Virus record (IMG/VR): IMGVR_UViG_3300028591_000124 | Span: 1 to 64,000 of that record | Strand: one strand, 5' to 3' | DNA length: 64,000 nt | DNA from: a virus | Lineage: Duplodnaviria; Caudoviricetes | In this document: piece after piece, positions 40,298 to 50,948 of the stretch | Layout: each line of letters opens with the position of its first letter | Numbering within the stretch: position 1 is the first letter of the stretch | The notes under the pieces: generated by a model | Databases searched by the model: none | Told to the model about the DNA's origin: nothing | What the model saw: the letters and a program-made list of their open reading frames with translations, nothing else | Translations under genes and position numbers: made by a program

Positions 40298-41650
40298 ATG
40301 GCAACAATTAAGAAAAAGGTTTTGACGGTAGAATATCTACGTCAATTGTATTGGGGAGCGATTAACAATAGTTTTGTGTGTTCAGCTGTCAGTCAGCACA
40401 TGGAGTCTGAACTTTTGCCTACACAAGATTTCCAGACTCTTCATGAGGCAATAAAGAAGCATTTTGTAACTCACAAAGACGCACCTAAATATGGCATCAT
40501 AAAACAAACTGTTGCTTCCAGTCGTGCTGTTACTGAGTTGTTGGAAGAGATTCACGATGATGCTCAGGACATCGAGCCAGAGGTGCTTCTGGAACAGTTG
40601 GAGGAATACCTTAAATTGACGATGTTCCAGAGGGCCTATAAAGAAATTGGAAAGAAGTATCAGAATGGTGATGGCACAGAAGCTATGGCTTTGTTCTATC
40701 AGGAGGCAGAGAAAATCAAACAGTTTACTCTTAAGCAGGAGGATTTTATCGATGTTGTCGGTTCATTCCGTGAACGTTATAACGACAATAAAGAGCGTCA
40801 CCAGGAGAATAGCCGTAAGAAAGCTGTCACAAGTTTCTATATACACCAGTTGGATGAAATGAATCACGGACGCAATCTTCGCGGGCAGGAAACATTATTC
40901 TTGGCACAAACTGGTGTCGGAAAGTCTCATGTTGCCAGATGGATTGGTTCGAATGCCTGTTATACGAGTGGTCTGAACGTTCTTCACATTCAGTTGGAGG
41001 GAAAGACATCTGAAACAACAGATGCTTATTCGGCTGGCCTTGTTGGATGCGAGTCTTATTTATATGAGTCTGGTCTTATCAATGAACATTCTATGCAACA
41101 GTACCAGAAGATTGTTGAAATGGCAGCTGGTACATTGGTTGTGCGAGGATTCCCGAAGTTTGGCAAGGAAATCACAACTATAGATATTAAAAATGTTCTG
41201 GAAGAATATCGCAAGAAATATGGTTATTATCCAGATGTGCTTATTATCGACTCCGTTGACTTGTTAGGTGATTCAACAGGACGCAACTGGGGTGAGAAAG
41301 GACAGCGTTTCAAGCGCATCCAGGTATCTAAGGATTTGAAGGATATTGCAGACGATTATGATTTGTGGTGTGTTGGAACCTATCAGGCCAATATCTCAGA
41401 TCCTAAGTTGACGGAAGACGAGAATTTTGTTTTGACGGAATACAATTGTTCTGAGGCAAAGGGTCTGGCATGGGCACTTACGCATCTTATTTCTTTGAAT
41501 CAGACATCGAAGGAGCGCAAGGAGCGTACTATGAGGCTTTATGTGGCCAAGTCCAGGTTCTTTGCTAAGGGTGAGCCATTCAAGATTGCAACTGATTATG
41601 AGCATGAAAGATTTTATGATGAAGAAAGAACCCTCAACATGGCAGCTTAG
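40298..41650 (+). CDS. Replicative DnaB-like helicase
   Basis: AQTGVGKS, QLE, LIIDS, KSRF motifs. Confidence 0.9.
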   Translation: MATIKKKVLTVEYLRQLYWGAINNSFVCSAVSQHMESELLPTQDFQTLHEAIKKHFVTHKDAPKYGIIKQTVASSRAVTELLEEIHDDAQDIEPEVLLEQLEEYLKLTMFQRAYKEIGKKYQNGDGTEAMALFYQEAEKIKQFTLKQEDFIDVVGSFRERYNDNKERHQENSRKKAVTSFYIHQLDEMNHGRNLRGQETLFLAQTGVGKSHVARWIGSNACYTSGLNVLHIQLEGKTSETTDAYSAGLVGCESYLYESGLINEHSMQQYQKIVEMAAGTLVVRGFPKFGKEITTIDIKNVLEEYRKKYGYYPDVLIIDSVDLLGDSTGRNWGEKGQRFKRIQVSKDLKDIADDYDLWCVGTYQANISDPKLTEDENFVLTEYNCSEAKGLAWALTHLISLNQTSKERKERTMRLYVAKSRFFAKGEPFKIATDYEHERFYDEERTLNMAA

Positions 41651-41730
41651 GGATTGAAAATTATTTCAAAGAAGTGCTAACAAATCTAAATATCGGTGTA
41701 TAAGGTATTGTTTTCGGGATTGAAAATCAT

Positions 41731-41738
41731 TATCTTTG
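41731..41738 (+). promoter_or_regulatory. Bacteroidetes -7 promoter box upstream of primase
   Basis: TATCTTTG in intergenic gap. Confidence 0.65.
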
Positions 41739-41808
41739 CACCGATATTTCAATTGATTTTTGGGCAAAATTCCCTCTAACTAAGTATTTCCTACGGGAAT
41801 TTTGCAGT

Positions 41809-42828
41809 ATGCAAGTATCAGACGAAAGAAAACAGATTATTGTCCGTGAGCTTTGTGCGGAACTAAGTGGACGAGTTGATGGTGGAGGCAAGAACATCGT
41901 TGTTCCAGTCTGCCCTTATTGTGGCAAGAAAGGTGGTAAATTTGGTATTTATGTCGGCCCTATTGAAAGTAAGCTGTTTTGGACCCATTGTTTTTCATGT
42001 GGCCACACAACAAAGGACTTCAATAAGTTCTTAGAAGATATTGGTCGTACAGATCTGGCAGTCAAAGAAACAGTCGATCTTGACATGGATGTTGATGATG
42101 AGATTGATTTCTTTGAGGACGAGGATGATGATCAGGAGCTTGTTGAAGTTGAAATGCCAAAAGGTTGGAAGCGTTTCTTCAAAAACAAATATTTGAAGAG
42201 TCGCGGTTTCATTATGGAGCTGTATGACATGTTTCCAGTTGGCAATACCAGGGGTATGAACTGGCAGTATGATGATTATGTGATTTTCCAGATTATCATG
42301 GATGGCATTTGTGTTGGGTACATCGGAAGAAATATCCAAAGTAAAGAAGTTATCGATGAACACAATGCCCGTTCAAAATTCCAGATACGCCGGTATTTGA
42401 ATTCTACTGAGAATGATTTTTCAAGGCTTCTATTTAATTATGATAGTATCGTGTCTGGAGAGACACAGACTGTGATTTTGACAGAAGGAATTTTTGACAC
42501 CATAAGATTGGTGAAAATGTTCGAGCTTTATGAAAACAAGATGATAGTTCCTGTTGCTACATTCGGAAAGAAAATATCACAGGCTCAGATGTTATTATTG
42601 CAGAAAAAAGGCGTAAGTCAGGTTATTGTGGCTTATGACATGGATGAGGTTGGAAAAGAGGCTATCACAAAAACGATGGCTCAGCTTGACCCATATTTTG
42701 ATGTGTTAGCTCTTCAGTTACTAACAGATGATGCTAAGGATATTGACGAGTGTACTTGGTGGGAGTTATATGACTCATTTGCTTATGGTTTGAAGGAACA
42801 GGTTGAATTTAATCTGAACGAAATATGA
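41809..42828 (+). CDS. DNA primase (Zn finger + Toprim)
   Basis: CPYC...HCFSC; TEGIFD, YDMD, KDID. Confidence 0.9.
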   Translation: MQVSDERKQIIVRELCAELSGRVDGGGKNIVVPVCPYCGKKGGKFGIYVGPIESKLFWTHCFSCGHTTKDFNKFLEDIGRTDLAVKETVDLDMDVDDEIDFFEDEDDDQELVEVEMPKGWKRFFKNKYLKSRGFIMELYDMFPVGNTRGMNWQYDDYVIFQIIMDGICVGYIGRNIQSKEVIDEHNARSKFQIRRYLNSTENDFSRLLFNYDSIVSGETQTVILTEGIFDTIRLVKMFELYENKMIVPVATFGKKISQAQMLLLQKKGVSQVIVAYDMDEVGKEAITKTMAQLDPYFDVLALQLLTDDAKDIDECTWWELYDSFAYGLKEQVEFNLNEI

Positions 42829-43187
42829 AATATAAAACAGCTGAAAAAAGATTTATCGACGAGTATTGCGATGGTTGTGAAGATGGTCCTTTTTACAAGG
42901 ACGATCTGGTGAATGCGTTTAGGTCTGGCAGAAAGTGGAATCTGAAGCAAATGTTCATAGATTGCCACAAACAGCAGCCTAAGCAGAATGATGATGATAT
43001 TGCCGTTATCTGTAGTCTTGGTGATCAAGCTCCATTTTGTTTTGGCATTGAGGTTGTGACAGTAAAGGGTTTCGAATATCAGAATTTTGTCGAAAAAACA
43101 CCATACATACCTCTCTTCTGGTGTCGCTTGCGTAGTTTGTTGTCAATTTTAAATGGAGGATGGAATAAAGATGGCAGAGATAAATGA
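42825..43187 (+). CDS. Hypothetical protein
   Basis: 120-aa ORF overlapping neighbours. Confidence 0.5.
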   Translation: MKYKTAEKRFIDEYCDGCEDGPFYKDDLVNAFRSGRKWNLKQMFIDCHKQQPKQNDDDIAVICSLGDQAPFCFGIEVVTVKGFEYQNFVEKTPYIPLFWCRLRSLLSILNGGWNKDGRDK

Positions 43188-44898
43188 ACTACAGCAATGG
43201 ATGGATGACCACATGATTTCATACAAGATTATGAAAGACGTGGTTACTATTCCTGAATTTGGCCGTTGTCTCTTTCAGGACATGACCAAGCGAGAGCATA
43301 TCTTCAAGGAGAATAAGCTTACTGGGGATGTCGAATTTGATTGTGTTGAAGTTTCGAATCTCCTGATAGAAGATGAGATATATTATGTCATCTTGAAGTT
43401 TGGTGACCAGTTTTATTATACTGACATCCGAAAGGATTTTAAATTGACACCACTCAGGCATATCGGAAAACGAAAAGAGCGTGAGGAAATGTATGTCAGG
43501 GAATACGTAAACCTTGGAATACATACGCCATTCGAGTTGTTGAATGGCTCAGGTGCCATATCCGAGTGGATTAAGACCGCCAAGTGGATGGGCCACAAAA
43601 GTATCGGTATTTGTGACAAGAACACAATGGCAGCAACACTTCAGCTTCAAAAAGAAGCCAGAAGTGCCGGTATTGGGTATGTTTTTGGGTATTCACTTGT
43701 AATGCAAATTGACGGTGAGGAAATCGGTGCTAAGATATACGTCCATACTCAAAAGGGATTTCGTAATCTTCTGAGGATTCAGAAAGCCATAAATGTTGAC
43801 CGTGAAGACGGGATGGTGGATTATTTGGAGGTTCTGAATAGGGCAGATGGTAATGTAATTGTGTTCGATAAATGGTCTGGTGAATGGATGACCCAGAACA
43901 AAGAGCTTCTGAGCGATTTCGACAAGGCATTTGATGGGTGGGTGTTCTTCCAGGTTGACATGAGCGAGTACCGTGCTGACCGTATTGATTCCAGATTGTT
44001 AGAATCACAGAAGGCATTTTTTGACGGTTTTTACAAATCAGGAAAGTGGGATCTTGGAATTGAACCAGTATTGATAGAAGACTGTTATTATATTGATGCC
44101 GACGAATACAAAAACAAAATCGTGCTCAATAAGATTGATACTGGTGTGACACATGAGCTTTCGTATGCCCAGTTCTATAAAGATGTGGATCAGTTATATG
44201 ATGAGTTCTGCGATCTGTTTTCAGAGAAATACGGTGATGATGTGTTCGATTTGATGGTTGACAATACTGTTTTGATTGCCAGTGAAAGCGATGCTGAGTA
44301 TAACACATCTTCTGTAAACTATGCGCCTCGTTATTCAATGACTGAAGAAGAGGAAGCCAAGTATGGCAATACTCATAATATGTTCAACCAGCTTATTGAA
44401 GACGGGTTCCAGCGTCTTGTCCCCAAAGATAAAGAATCTGAGTATCGCAAACGTTTGGAATATGAGAAATACGTTATTGAAAGTACAGATAATGTTGATT
44501 ATTATTTGATAACTTGGGATGAAATCAACTGGGCCCGCAAAAATGGTATTGCAGTAGGAGTTGGTCGTGGTTCTGCCGGTGGATGTCTTCTAAGTTTCTT
44601 ACTTGGGATAACCCAGATTGACCCGATGCCGTTTGATTTGCTGTTTGAGCGTTTCCTGCTTCCAGAACGCGGAGGATTGGAGCCAGCAAAGGTAACCGTT
44701 ATTGGTGACGATATTTCCAAAAAGGAATATGTCGAAGTAAAATTGGAGAATGGCAAAACAATCAATTTTGCCGACGATGCTGAATTCCTTGTCAAACGAA
44801 ACGGTGAAGAAATAACTGTTATCGGAAAGGAATTGCAACCTGGTGATGATATTGTTTTGGATAGAAAAGACGAATTGTTTACAATAGATGAATTGTAG
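43171..44898 (+). CDS. dnaE: DNA polymerase III alpha, N-terminal half (PHP + part of palm), ending in an intein-N-like remnant
   Basis: [30 protein letters not shown], then HINT-like tail; likely start 43171. Confidence 0.9.
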   Translation: MAEINELQQWMDDHMISYKIMKDVVTIPEFGRCLFQDMTKREHIFKENKLTGDVEFDCVEVSNLLIEDEIYYVILKFGDQFYYTDIRKDFKLTPLRHIGKRKEREEMYVREYVNLGIHTPFELLNGSGAISEWIKTAKWMGHKSIGICDKNTMAATLQLQKEARSAGIGYVFGYSLVMQIDGEEIGAKIYVHTQKGFRNLLRIQKAINVDREDGMVDYLEVLNRADGNVIVFDKWSGEWMTQNKELLSDFDKAFDGWVFFQVDMSEYRADRIDSRLLESQKAFFDGFYKSGKWDLGIEPVLIEDCYYIDADEYKNKIVLNKIDTGVTHELSYAQFYKDVDQLYDEFCDLFSEKYGDDVFDLMVDNTVLIASESDAEYNTSSVNYAPRYSMTEEEEAKYGNTHNMFNQLIEDGFQRLVPKDKESEYRKRLEYEKYVIESTDNVDYYLITWDEINWARKNGIAVGVGRGSAGGCLLSFLLGITQIDPMPFDLLFERFLLPERGGLEPAKVTVIGDDISKKEYVEVKLENGKTINFADDAEFLVKRNGEEITVIGKELQPGDDIVLDRKDELFTIDEL

Positions 44899-44900
44899 TT

Positions 44901-47072
44901 ATGAAGATAGATAGCGTAGAAATTAAGTGTGGCAAGAAACCACGTAAAGTTGTTTACTCTTTTGTTGATGACGGATACAGAAAGACCATGCGAGGATCAC
45001 TGCCTGATATTGATACGGACTTTGATGCGGATAAGCGTCCAGAAGTCAAAGCATATCTGGAGAGACGTTACAACCATGATGGTAAACAGCGCGTGTTCTC
45101 TGCCGGTACATTTACAACAGAGCAGATTCGTTCTGTCATTAAGGATGTGTGCCGTGTTCACCGTGTTTCTGCTAATATGGCCAATTACATTACGGCTATT
45201 ATTGACTCTGGTACGGATTGGACCGGATTGATGCAGCTTGCAGTCAAGGAAAAGAAAGTTCGTGATTTCATAGAGAAGCACTGGGATGTTTTTGAAGAGA
45301 TACGTCCAATTATGTTCCAACCTCGCTCTCCAGGTGTTCATGCGTCTGCACTGGTGATCACTCCAGATATTATCGAAGGTGAAGACGTAGAGTGTTTTGA
45401 CATTATTCCTATTAAAAAGATGGATGGACTCCTGGTATCTGAATTGAGTGGTGTGGAATTGGATGAATTGGGTCTCCTAAAGAATGACGTGCTTGGTATT
45501 GCTGAGCTTTCCAGATTGGATGAAATGATTCAGATCTGTAATAATGTATATCACACCAATTTATCTATTGAGGGTTTGGCCACCAGTTCTTTAGATGAAC
45601 CAAAGGTATTCGAGATCATCAATAAGGGCCTTACACAAGGTATCTTCCAGTTGTCATCTGTTGGTATGACAAGATTTGTTAGAAGTATGCACCCTGATTG
45701 CATTAATGATGTGATCGCTGCCAATGCTTTGTTCCGTCCAGCTACATTGGATTCTGGAGCTGCTGGGATGTATGTTGATGCCAAGAACGGTACTGTTGAT
45801 CCGGAATATCTTTGGGGAACTTATGATATTCTGAAAGATACCTATGCTGTCGCTGCATATCAGGAACAATATGCTGCACTTGCAAGAAATATCGGTGGTT
45901 TGAGTTTAGGCGATGGCGTGAATCTTGTAAAAGCCATTTCTAAGAAAAAGATAGAAAAAATCCGTAAGTTTAAGGACAAGTTCTATGCCGGTGCTCAGAA
46001 AAATGGTTGCCCTGATGAAGTTCGTGATCGTGTATGGAGCATTATTGAAGGTGGTGCCACGTATGGATTTAATAAATCACATGCTACTGCATACGGCATT
46101 ACGGCATACATCGGAGCATATATTAAGGCACTATATCCAACAGCTTTCTATACTGTATTGCTGAAGTGGGGTAAGGACGAGAACATCCCAGCTATCCTTG
46201 CAGAAATGAGAGAGCTTGGCAATATCACGATTACCAATCCAGACATCAACGTTTCAACTGATAATTTTGAAACAGACTACGAGACCAATGAGATTTACTG
46301 GTCACTTCTGAGAATCAAATTTGTCGGTGTCAGTATGGTTGATTTCATTGTTAAGAACAGGAATCGCTATGGAAAGTTTATGGATTTGGAAGATTTCATC
46401 ACTCGTATCTTCAAACACAAATTTAAGAAGTATAAGAGCTTTGAGGATGAGGATAATGAAGATGAATACAAACGTTGCCCAGTTAATGCCCGTGCCGTCA
46501 GGAACTTAATTATGGCTGGTGCATTTGACAAGGTTGAGAATGTCGGTTCTGTTACTGAGCGATATGGACTCTTGAAACATGCTGCTGAGCTCCTTGGGTT
46601 TGAAATCAAGGAGAAAGAAGTGCCACAAGAACTTCGTGATAAGCATTGGTTCTGGAGCCAACAGCAAATCAATCTGTCTGGCATCGGCTCTGTTGACTAT
46701 GAACGTATCTATAAAAATGAGACGTTACCATCCAGTATGTACAATTATACCTATTTTTCTCTTGACAATCTCCAGCAACCTGGACTTGGTGACAGAAAAG
46801 TCGGTATTTGTGCCACTATTGCTGAAGTCGAAGAACGTAGTTATAAAGACAAAAAGACTGGTGAGAAGAAGTATTATGGGAAAATCCAGCTTCAACAAAA
46901 TATCGATACAGCCACTCTTGTTATCTGGAATGATGCATGGATAAACGCCAAACAATATTTTATGCACAAGAAAGATTCCATTGTCATATTTGCCGGTAAC
47001 GCCAAGTGGAGTGATTATGACGAGAAGAACATACTCCAGATCAATAAGGGTTCGTATATTACTAATATTTAA
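44901..47072 (+). CDS. dnaE: DNA polymerase III alpha, C-terminal half, starting with an intein-C-like remnant
   Basis: MKIDSVEIK...VVYSFV then SLPDIDTDFD, GVHASA, LLKNDVLG, YGFNKSHATAY, OB fold. Confidence 0.92.
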   Translation: MKIDSVEIKCGKKPRKVVYSFVDDGYRKTMRGSLPDIDTDFDADKRPEVKAYLERRYNHDGKQRVFSAGTFTTEQIRSVIKDVCRVHRVSANMANYITAIIDSGTDWTGLMQLAVKEKKVRDFIEKHWDVFEEIRPIMFQPRSPGVHASALVITPDIIEGEDVECFDIIPIKKMDGLLVSELSGVELDELGLLKNDVLGIAELSRLDEMIQICNNVYHTNLSIEGLATSSLDEPKVFEIINKGLTQGIFQLSSVGMTRFVRSMHPDCINDVIAANALFRPATLDSGAAGMYVDAKNGTVDPEYLWGTYDILKDTYAVAAYQEQYAALARNIGGLSLGDGVNLVKAISKKKIEKIRKFKDKFYAGAQKNGCPDEVRDRVWSIIEGGATYGFNKSHATAYGITAYIGAYIKALYPTAFYTVLLKWGKDENIPAILAEMRELGNITITNPDINVSTDNFETDYETNEIYWSLLRIKFVGVSMVDFIVKNRNRYGKFMDLEDFITRIFKHKFKKYKSFEDEDNEDEYKRCPVNARAVRNLIMAGAFDKVENVGSVTERYGLLKHAAELLGFEIKEKEVPQELRDKHWFWSQQQINLSGIGSVDYERIYKNETLPSSMYNYTYFSLDNLQQPGLGDRKVGICATIAEVEERSYKDKKTGEKKYYGKIQLQQNIDTATLVIWNDAWINAKQYFMHKKDSIVIFAGNAKWSDYDEKNILQINKGSYITNI

Positions 47073-47082
47073 ATTTGAAATT

Positions 47083-47283
47083 ATGCCTACAAAAGACAAG
47101 AATGCATTAAAGAATTACAATGCCTCGTATTATCGTGACCATCGTGACGATAGGAAAGCAGCTGCAAAGGCCAGGTATGAAGAAAAAAAAGATGAGATCA
47201 ATGCCAAGGCCCGCGAACGAAGAAGACTCCAAAAATTAGAAAAGATCAAAAAAGATCGTGAAAATGGAATCTGGGATTTTTAA
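47083..47283 (+). CDS. Small basic helical protein
   Basis: MPTKDKNALKNYNASYYRDHR...; ATG at 47083. Confidence 0.5.
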   Translation: MPTKDKNALKNYNASYYRDHRDDRKAAAKARYEEKKDEINAKARERRRLQKLEKIKKDRENGIWDF

Positions 47284-48043
47284 GAATGGGTGGGAAGTAA
47301 TCCGTGAAGATGAGGATGCAGAGGCTGTAAGAAATCGTTCAGAACGTCTCAATCCAAAGGAGCGCGAGTATCATGCCAGGAAAGCTAAAGAGTGGGATCT
47401 CGCACATCCAGAGCGTACCCGTGAACGTAAAAGGAGGTGGAGCCAGAGTCATAAACAGTATTCGGATTATTCAAAGGAAAGAGATAAGCAGTTAAGGTAT
47501 TTAAAAAGAAAAAATATGAAAAAAAAATTAGCAGACAAAAGAAAGAAAATCATGTGCATCTATGGTGTTTCTGGTTCTGGAAAGACACTGGCATCGATGC
47601 ATCTGAAAAAGAAGTATGGCGCACAAGTCATCTGTTCGTACACCACCAGACCAATGAGATCTGGAGAGGTTGATGGTGTTGACCATTATTTTGTTAGTGA
47701 GGTTCCAGATAAAGAGACGATGCTTGCGTACACTCAGTATGGCGGTTATGAATACTGGGCTCTTAAATCAGATGTTCGGGGAGATATTACTGTTTACGTA
47801 ATTGATGAAGCTGGCATCAATATGCTGGATAAGTTACAGGATGAATTTAGGATCTATCCAGTTCGTACCGAAAGAAGTGAAACAAAGAGGCTTAAGGCTG
47901 GTGTTTCAGAAGAACGCATAGCCCGTGATAGAAACCGTCAAAAACTCAACAGAAGTGTATTTGCTGTTGTAGAGAATGTCGGCACAAAGGCTCAATTTTA
48001 TAGAAAAATAGAAAGTGTTTACGAAAGAATTTTAAAATCATAA
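47258..48043 (+). CDS. Guanylate kinase-like protein with basic N-terminal extension
   Basis: GVSGSGKT; SYTTRPMRSGEVDGVDHYFV. Confidence 0.85.
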   Translation: MKMESGIFKNGWEVIREDEDAEAVRNRSERLNPKEREYHARKAKEWDLAHPERTRERKRRWSQSHKQYSDYSKERDKQLRYLKRKNMKKKLADKRKKIMCIYGVSGSGKTLASMHLKKKYGAQVICSYTTRPMRSGEVDGVDHYFVSEVPDKETMLAYTQYGGYEYWALKSDVRGDITVYVIDEAGINMLDKLQDEFRIYPVRTERSETKRLKAGVSEERIARDRNRQKLNRSVFAVVENVGTKAQFYRKIESVYERILKS

Positions 48044-48046
48044 GTT

Positions 48047-48841
48047 ATGGCAGCACCAAAAGAAAAACAATTTGTGCCAGTAGGTATCGTATTTGATACT
48101 GAAACTGGTGGTCTTGACAACCAAAAGTGTGGAGTTTGTCAGATATGTATGCATTCAGTTCGACTTGATACGTTCGAAAGGACTGGTACGCTCAATATTT
48201 ACGTCAAGCCATATAACAAGCGCGAAGAGGTATTGAAACCAGTCAAGAAAAAGCAGCTCAAAACCAAATATGAGATTGAGGATGAACAGGCAGGCATCGG
48301 CGAGTTGATGGAGTATTCTGATAAGGCGAAAGAGGTTCATGGGCTGTCTTTGGATTTTCTCAGGGAAAACGGTCTCACATTGGAAGAGGCAGCTCAGGCA
48401 GTCATTGATTTTGTGAAGGGATCCCAGATTACAACCGGGAATAAAGGAAAGCCATTTCTGATAGGTCAGCACATATTGTTTGATGTCGGTATGCTGGAGC
48501 AGCTTTTGATGTATGCTGGTTTATGGGATGAGTTTTGTAAATCTGTTCAGGGTGACAAGGATTTCTTTGGGCACTTCCAGCCATTGATTCTTGACACAAT
48601 GGTAATGGGCTATCTTGCTTTCTGTAATACCAATTTGACAAGTTATGCTTTGGGAATGTTATGCGAGGCTCTTGGAATTGAGATCGATGATGCCCATGAT
48701 GCTGATTCAGACGTAACCGCAACAGAAGATATTGTTAGGATATTCACTACCAGAATGCGAAATGCAAATAGCGGCGACGAAGAAGGTACTGGGATGGTTG
48801 AAAACAAACAAGAGAAAAAGCGTGTTCATTTTAAGATTTGA
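48047..48841 (+). CDS. DEDDh 3'-5' exonuclease (DnaQ-like)
   Basis: FDTETGG, HILFD, HDADSD. Confidence 0.88.
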   Translation: MAAPKEKQFVPVGIVFDTETGGLDNQKCGVCQICMHSVRLDTFERTGTLNIYVKPYNKREEVLKPVKKKQLKTKYEIEDEQAGIGELMEYSDKAKEVHGLSLDFLRENGLTLEEAAQAVIDFVKGSQITTGNKGKPFLIGQHILFDVGMLEQLLMYAGLWDEFCKSVQGDKDFFGHFQPLILDTMVMGYLAFCNTNLTSYALGMLCEALGIEIDDAHDADSDVTATEDIVRIFTTRMRNANSGDEEGTGMVENKQEKKRVHFKI

Positions 48842-48846
48842 TAGTT

Positions 48847-49227
48847 ATGGGGTACGTATTGGATAAAGAGACTGGGACTTTTGTTGAAGAGACTCCAAAA
48901 GAAGTCCAGATTCAACAGAAAGAAAACATTATCGAAGACAAGAGTGATAATGTTGATATAGTAAATCAAGGAAAGCCGAATGTGGTTCCTGGTGGTGGTC
49001 TTGAAAATGAGCCAACAGAAACCTTTAAGAGACTTACTGATTTGTCCGTTTTCCAGATTGTAGATCAACAGTCTGGAAAGATTATGGGAATCATCAGCGG
49101 ATATGCCCTTCAGATCAAGTTTAATCGTGAGGTTATAACATGTACAGCCGATGTAGAACAATGCGCTGAGGGTATCAAAAAATTATTCTACGGTATTATT
49201 ATGGATCAATTATTGGAAAACAAATAA
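48847..49227 (+). CDS. Hypothetical protein
   Basis: ORF in operon; likely start 48847. Confidence 0.5.
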   Translation: MGYVLDKETGTFVEETPKEVQIQQKENIIEDKSDNVDIVNQGKPNVVPGGGLENEPTETFKRLTDLSVFQIVDQQSGKIMGIISGYALQIKFNREVITCTADVEQCAEGIKKLFYGIIMDQLLENK

Positions 49228-49282
49228 TACTTTCAATCACCTGGGGTATCACTTGCCAGCTATTTTAAATAAAAGAATAGAT

Positions 49283-49828
49283 ATGGCAAGTGAATTCTAT
49301 ACACGGCTAAAAGAAGTAGAGCAGGATTTCTGCATTTTGCTTGTTGAAGGAAGCAAGGATTATGCAGGCAATCCTGAGAAGTGCTACATGGAGACTATCG
49401 GCAAGGAAGAGAAGGTTGAAGAGACCGACCCCTTCATTGGCCATTATGTCAGAGAAACCTTAAGCCGTGAGGACATCCAGGGTTATATAAAAGAACTGAG
49501 AGAGTGTGTTAACAGTGAAGTTGACAACGAAATCTTGCGTTCTTATATAAAATCTCGTCTCATTGCAATTATCGATGAGTGTTCGACTGCAACATATAAG
49601 GACCGGAGAGGCACCCCGCTTTCTCCGGCCCCTTTGCGTTCTGTTGCCAATCACTCTATCAAAACCCTGATCGACTTGACACCAGGATTAGTCAAAAACG
49701 AAGGTGGTGATGATAATGGCGATGAGGAAGACAAGGGTCTTACGTTCAATGTTGTGGTTCCAAAGAAACCAGAAAAAACAAAAGAACAGATCGCATTGGA
49801 GAAGTCCGTTGAATCAGAAAATAAATAA
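49283..49828 (+). CDS. Probable terminase small subunit
   Basis: Helical protein upstream of TerL with late motif; position-based call. Confidence 0.4.
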   Translation: MASEFYTRLKEVEQDFCILLVEGSKDYAGNPEKCYMETIGKEEKVEETDPFIGHYVRETLSREDIQGYIKELRECVNSEVDNEILRSYIKSRLIAIIDECSTATYKDRRGTPLSPAPLRSVANHSIKTLIDLTPGLVKNEGGDDNGDEEDKGLTFNVVVPKKPEKTKEQIALEKSVESENK

Positions 49829-49842
49829 TTAAAAATAAGAAA

Positions 49843-50091
49843 ATGAATAGTGGACTTCGTAACACCATTGTTGGTGCGCTCATCACGATTGTAATAACAT
49901 TTGTGGGAGCATGGATTCAAGTAAACAACCGGATTGCAGTTCTGGAAGTACAAATGGATACCTATGTCAAGGCTCAGCAGAAGAGTGAGGCTGACATGGA
50001 TAAGGTGTTGGATAAGTTAAGTGATGTCCAAAGTAAAGTAACCAGGTTAAGCACCGAATTTGAAATGGTGCATACTAAAGAAAATCAATGA
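49843..50091 (+). CDS. Holin-like single-TM coiled-coil protein
   Basis: N-terminal TM followed by coiled coil; near spanin. Confidence 0.4.
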   Translation: MNSGLRNTIVGALITIVITFVGAWIQVNNRIAVLEVQMDTYVKAQQKSEADMDKVLDKLSDVQSKVTRLSTEFEMVHTKENQ

Positions 50092-50363
50092 TATACAATT
50101 ACGATCCACATCAACAAATCCAAGAAAAGGCCCACGTTATCATTGAAGATTCCAGTGAGCTTAAAGCCATGCATCTTGAAGGATTTATCGGGATGGAAGG
50201 TATGGTCATATCTCTCGTAAAACGTTCAAAACGGAACAGTGGCGCATGGGTCAGGATGTTGGGCGGTGAGTACGATGGTGAGGAATGGTTTTTTCCGATC
50301 CTTGCTTTGCGTGATGTCAATGCAAAGTCGATGGAAGAGGAATTTGGTGAATTTGTAATATAA
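50088..50363 (+). CDS. Hypothetical protein
   Basis: 91-aa ORF. Confidence 0.5.
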   Translation: MIYNYDPHQQIQEKAHVIIEDSSELKAMHLEGFIGMEGMVISLVKRSKRNSGAWVRMLGGEYDGEEWFFPILALRDVNAKSMEEEFGEFVI

Positions 50364-50367
50364 GAAT

Positions 50368-50895
50368 ATGAAAAGAAAGACAATACTTGCTACGCTGTTA
50401 TTGGTGTTGCTAATGATAGTGGCACCATGTTTCCTTGGCGGCTGTTCTCCGAGAGTTGTTGAAAAGATAGTCCGTGAGACAGATACTGTTAGAACGGTTG
50501 ATTCCATTATCGTAAAATCTCGCCCTGACACAGTTAAGGTTGAAATTCCAAGTTCTTCACAAAGTATTGTTACGAATGATACCACGTCACATTTGGAAGA
50601 TGATTTATATGAATCAGACGCATACTGGGATGGTCAGTTTCTGCACCATTCATTAAACAGCAAACCTGGTGCCCACTTGACCAAAGAGGTTGTAGTTCAT
50701 GACACAATCAAAGTCAAGGAAAAAGAAGAGTCACATAACAAGGAATCGAAGGAAAAAGAGACCATATACGTACAGCCAACTCTGAAAGACAAAATCGTAT
50801 ATGTCGGATATGGCCTTGGTATCGGACTAATAATTTTGTTATTGTATGTGTTTAGAAAGAAAATCGTCAGAATTTATGAAGCGATTGGGCTCTAA
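50368..50895 (+). CDS. Lipoprotein with C-terminal TM (u-spanin-like)
   Basis: Lipobox LGGC after hydrophobic signal; C-terminal TM followed by RKK. Confidence 0.65.
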   Translation: MKRKTILATLLLVLLMIVAPCFLGGCSPRVVEKIVRETDTVRTVDSIIVKSRPDTVKVEIPSSSQSIVTNDTTSHLEDDLYESDAYWDGQFLHHSLNSKPGAHLTKEVVVHDTIKVKEKEESHNKESKEKETIYVQPTLKDKIVYVGYGLGIGLIILLLYVFRKKIVRIYEAIGL

Positions 50896-50948
50896 CGTTC
50901 CCAGTCGTTTGAAGCAAGTCAAATATCAAACCCAAACATCAAACAGTT

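Noticed and set aside
44880-44903. TAG read-through, code-15 recoding or programmed frameshift fusing the dnaE halves
   Set aside because: The halves are in different frames, the downstream frame has TGA at 44889-44891, there is no slippery site, and other genes are intact under code 11
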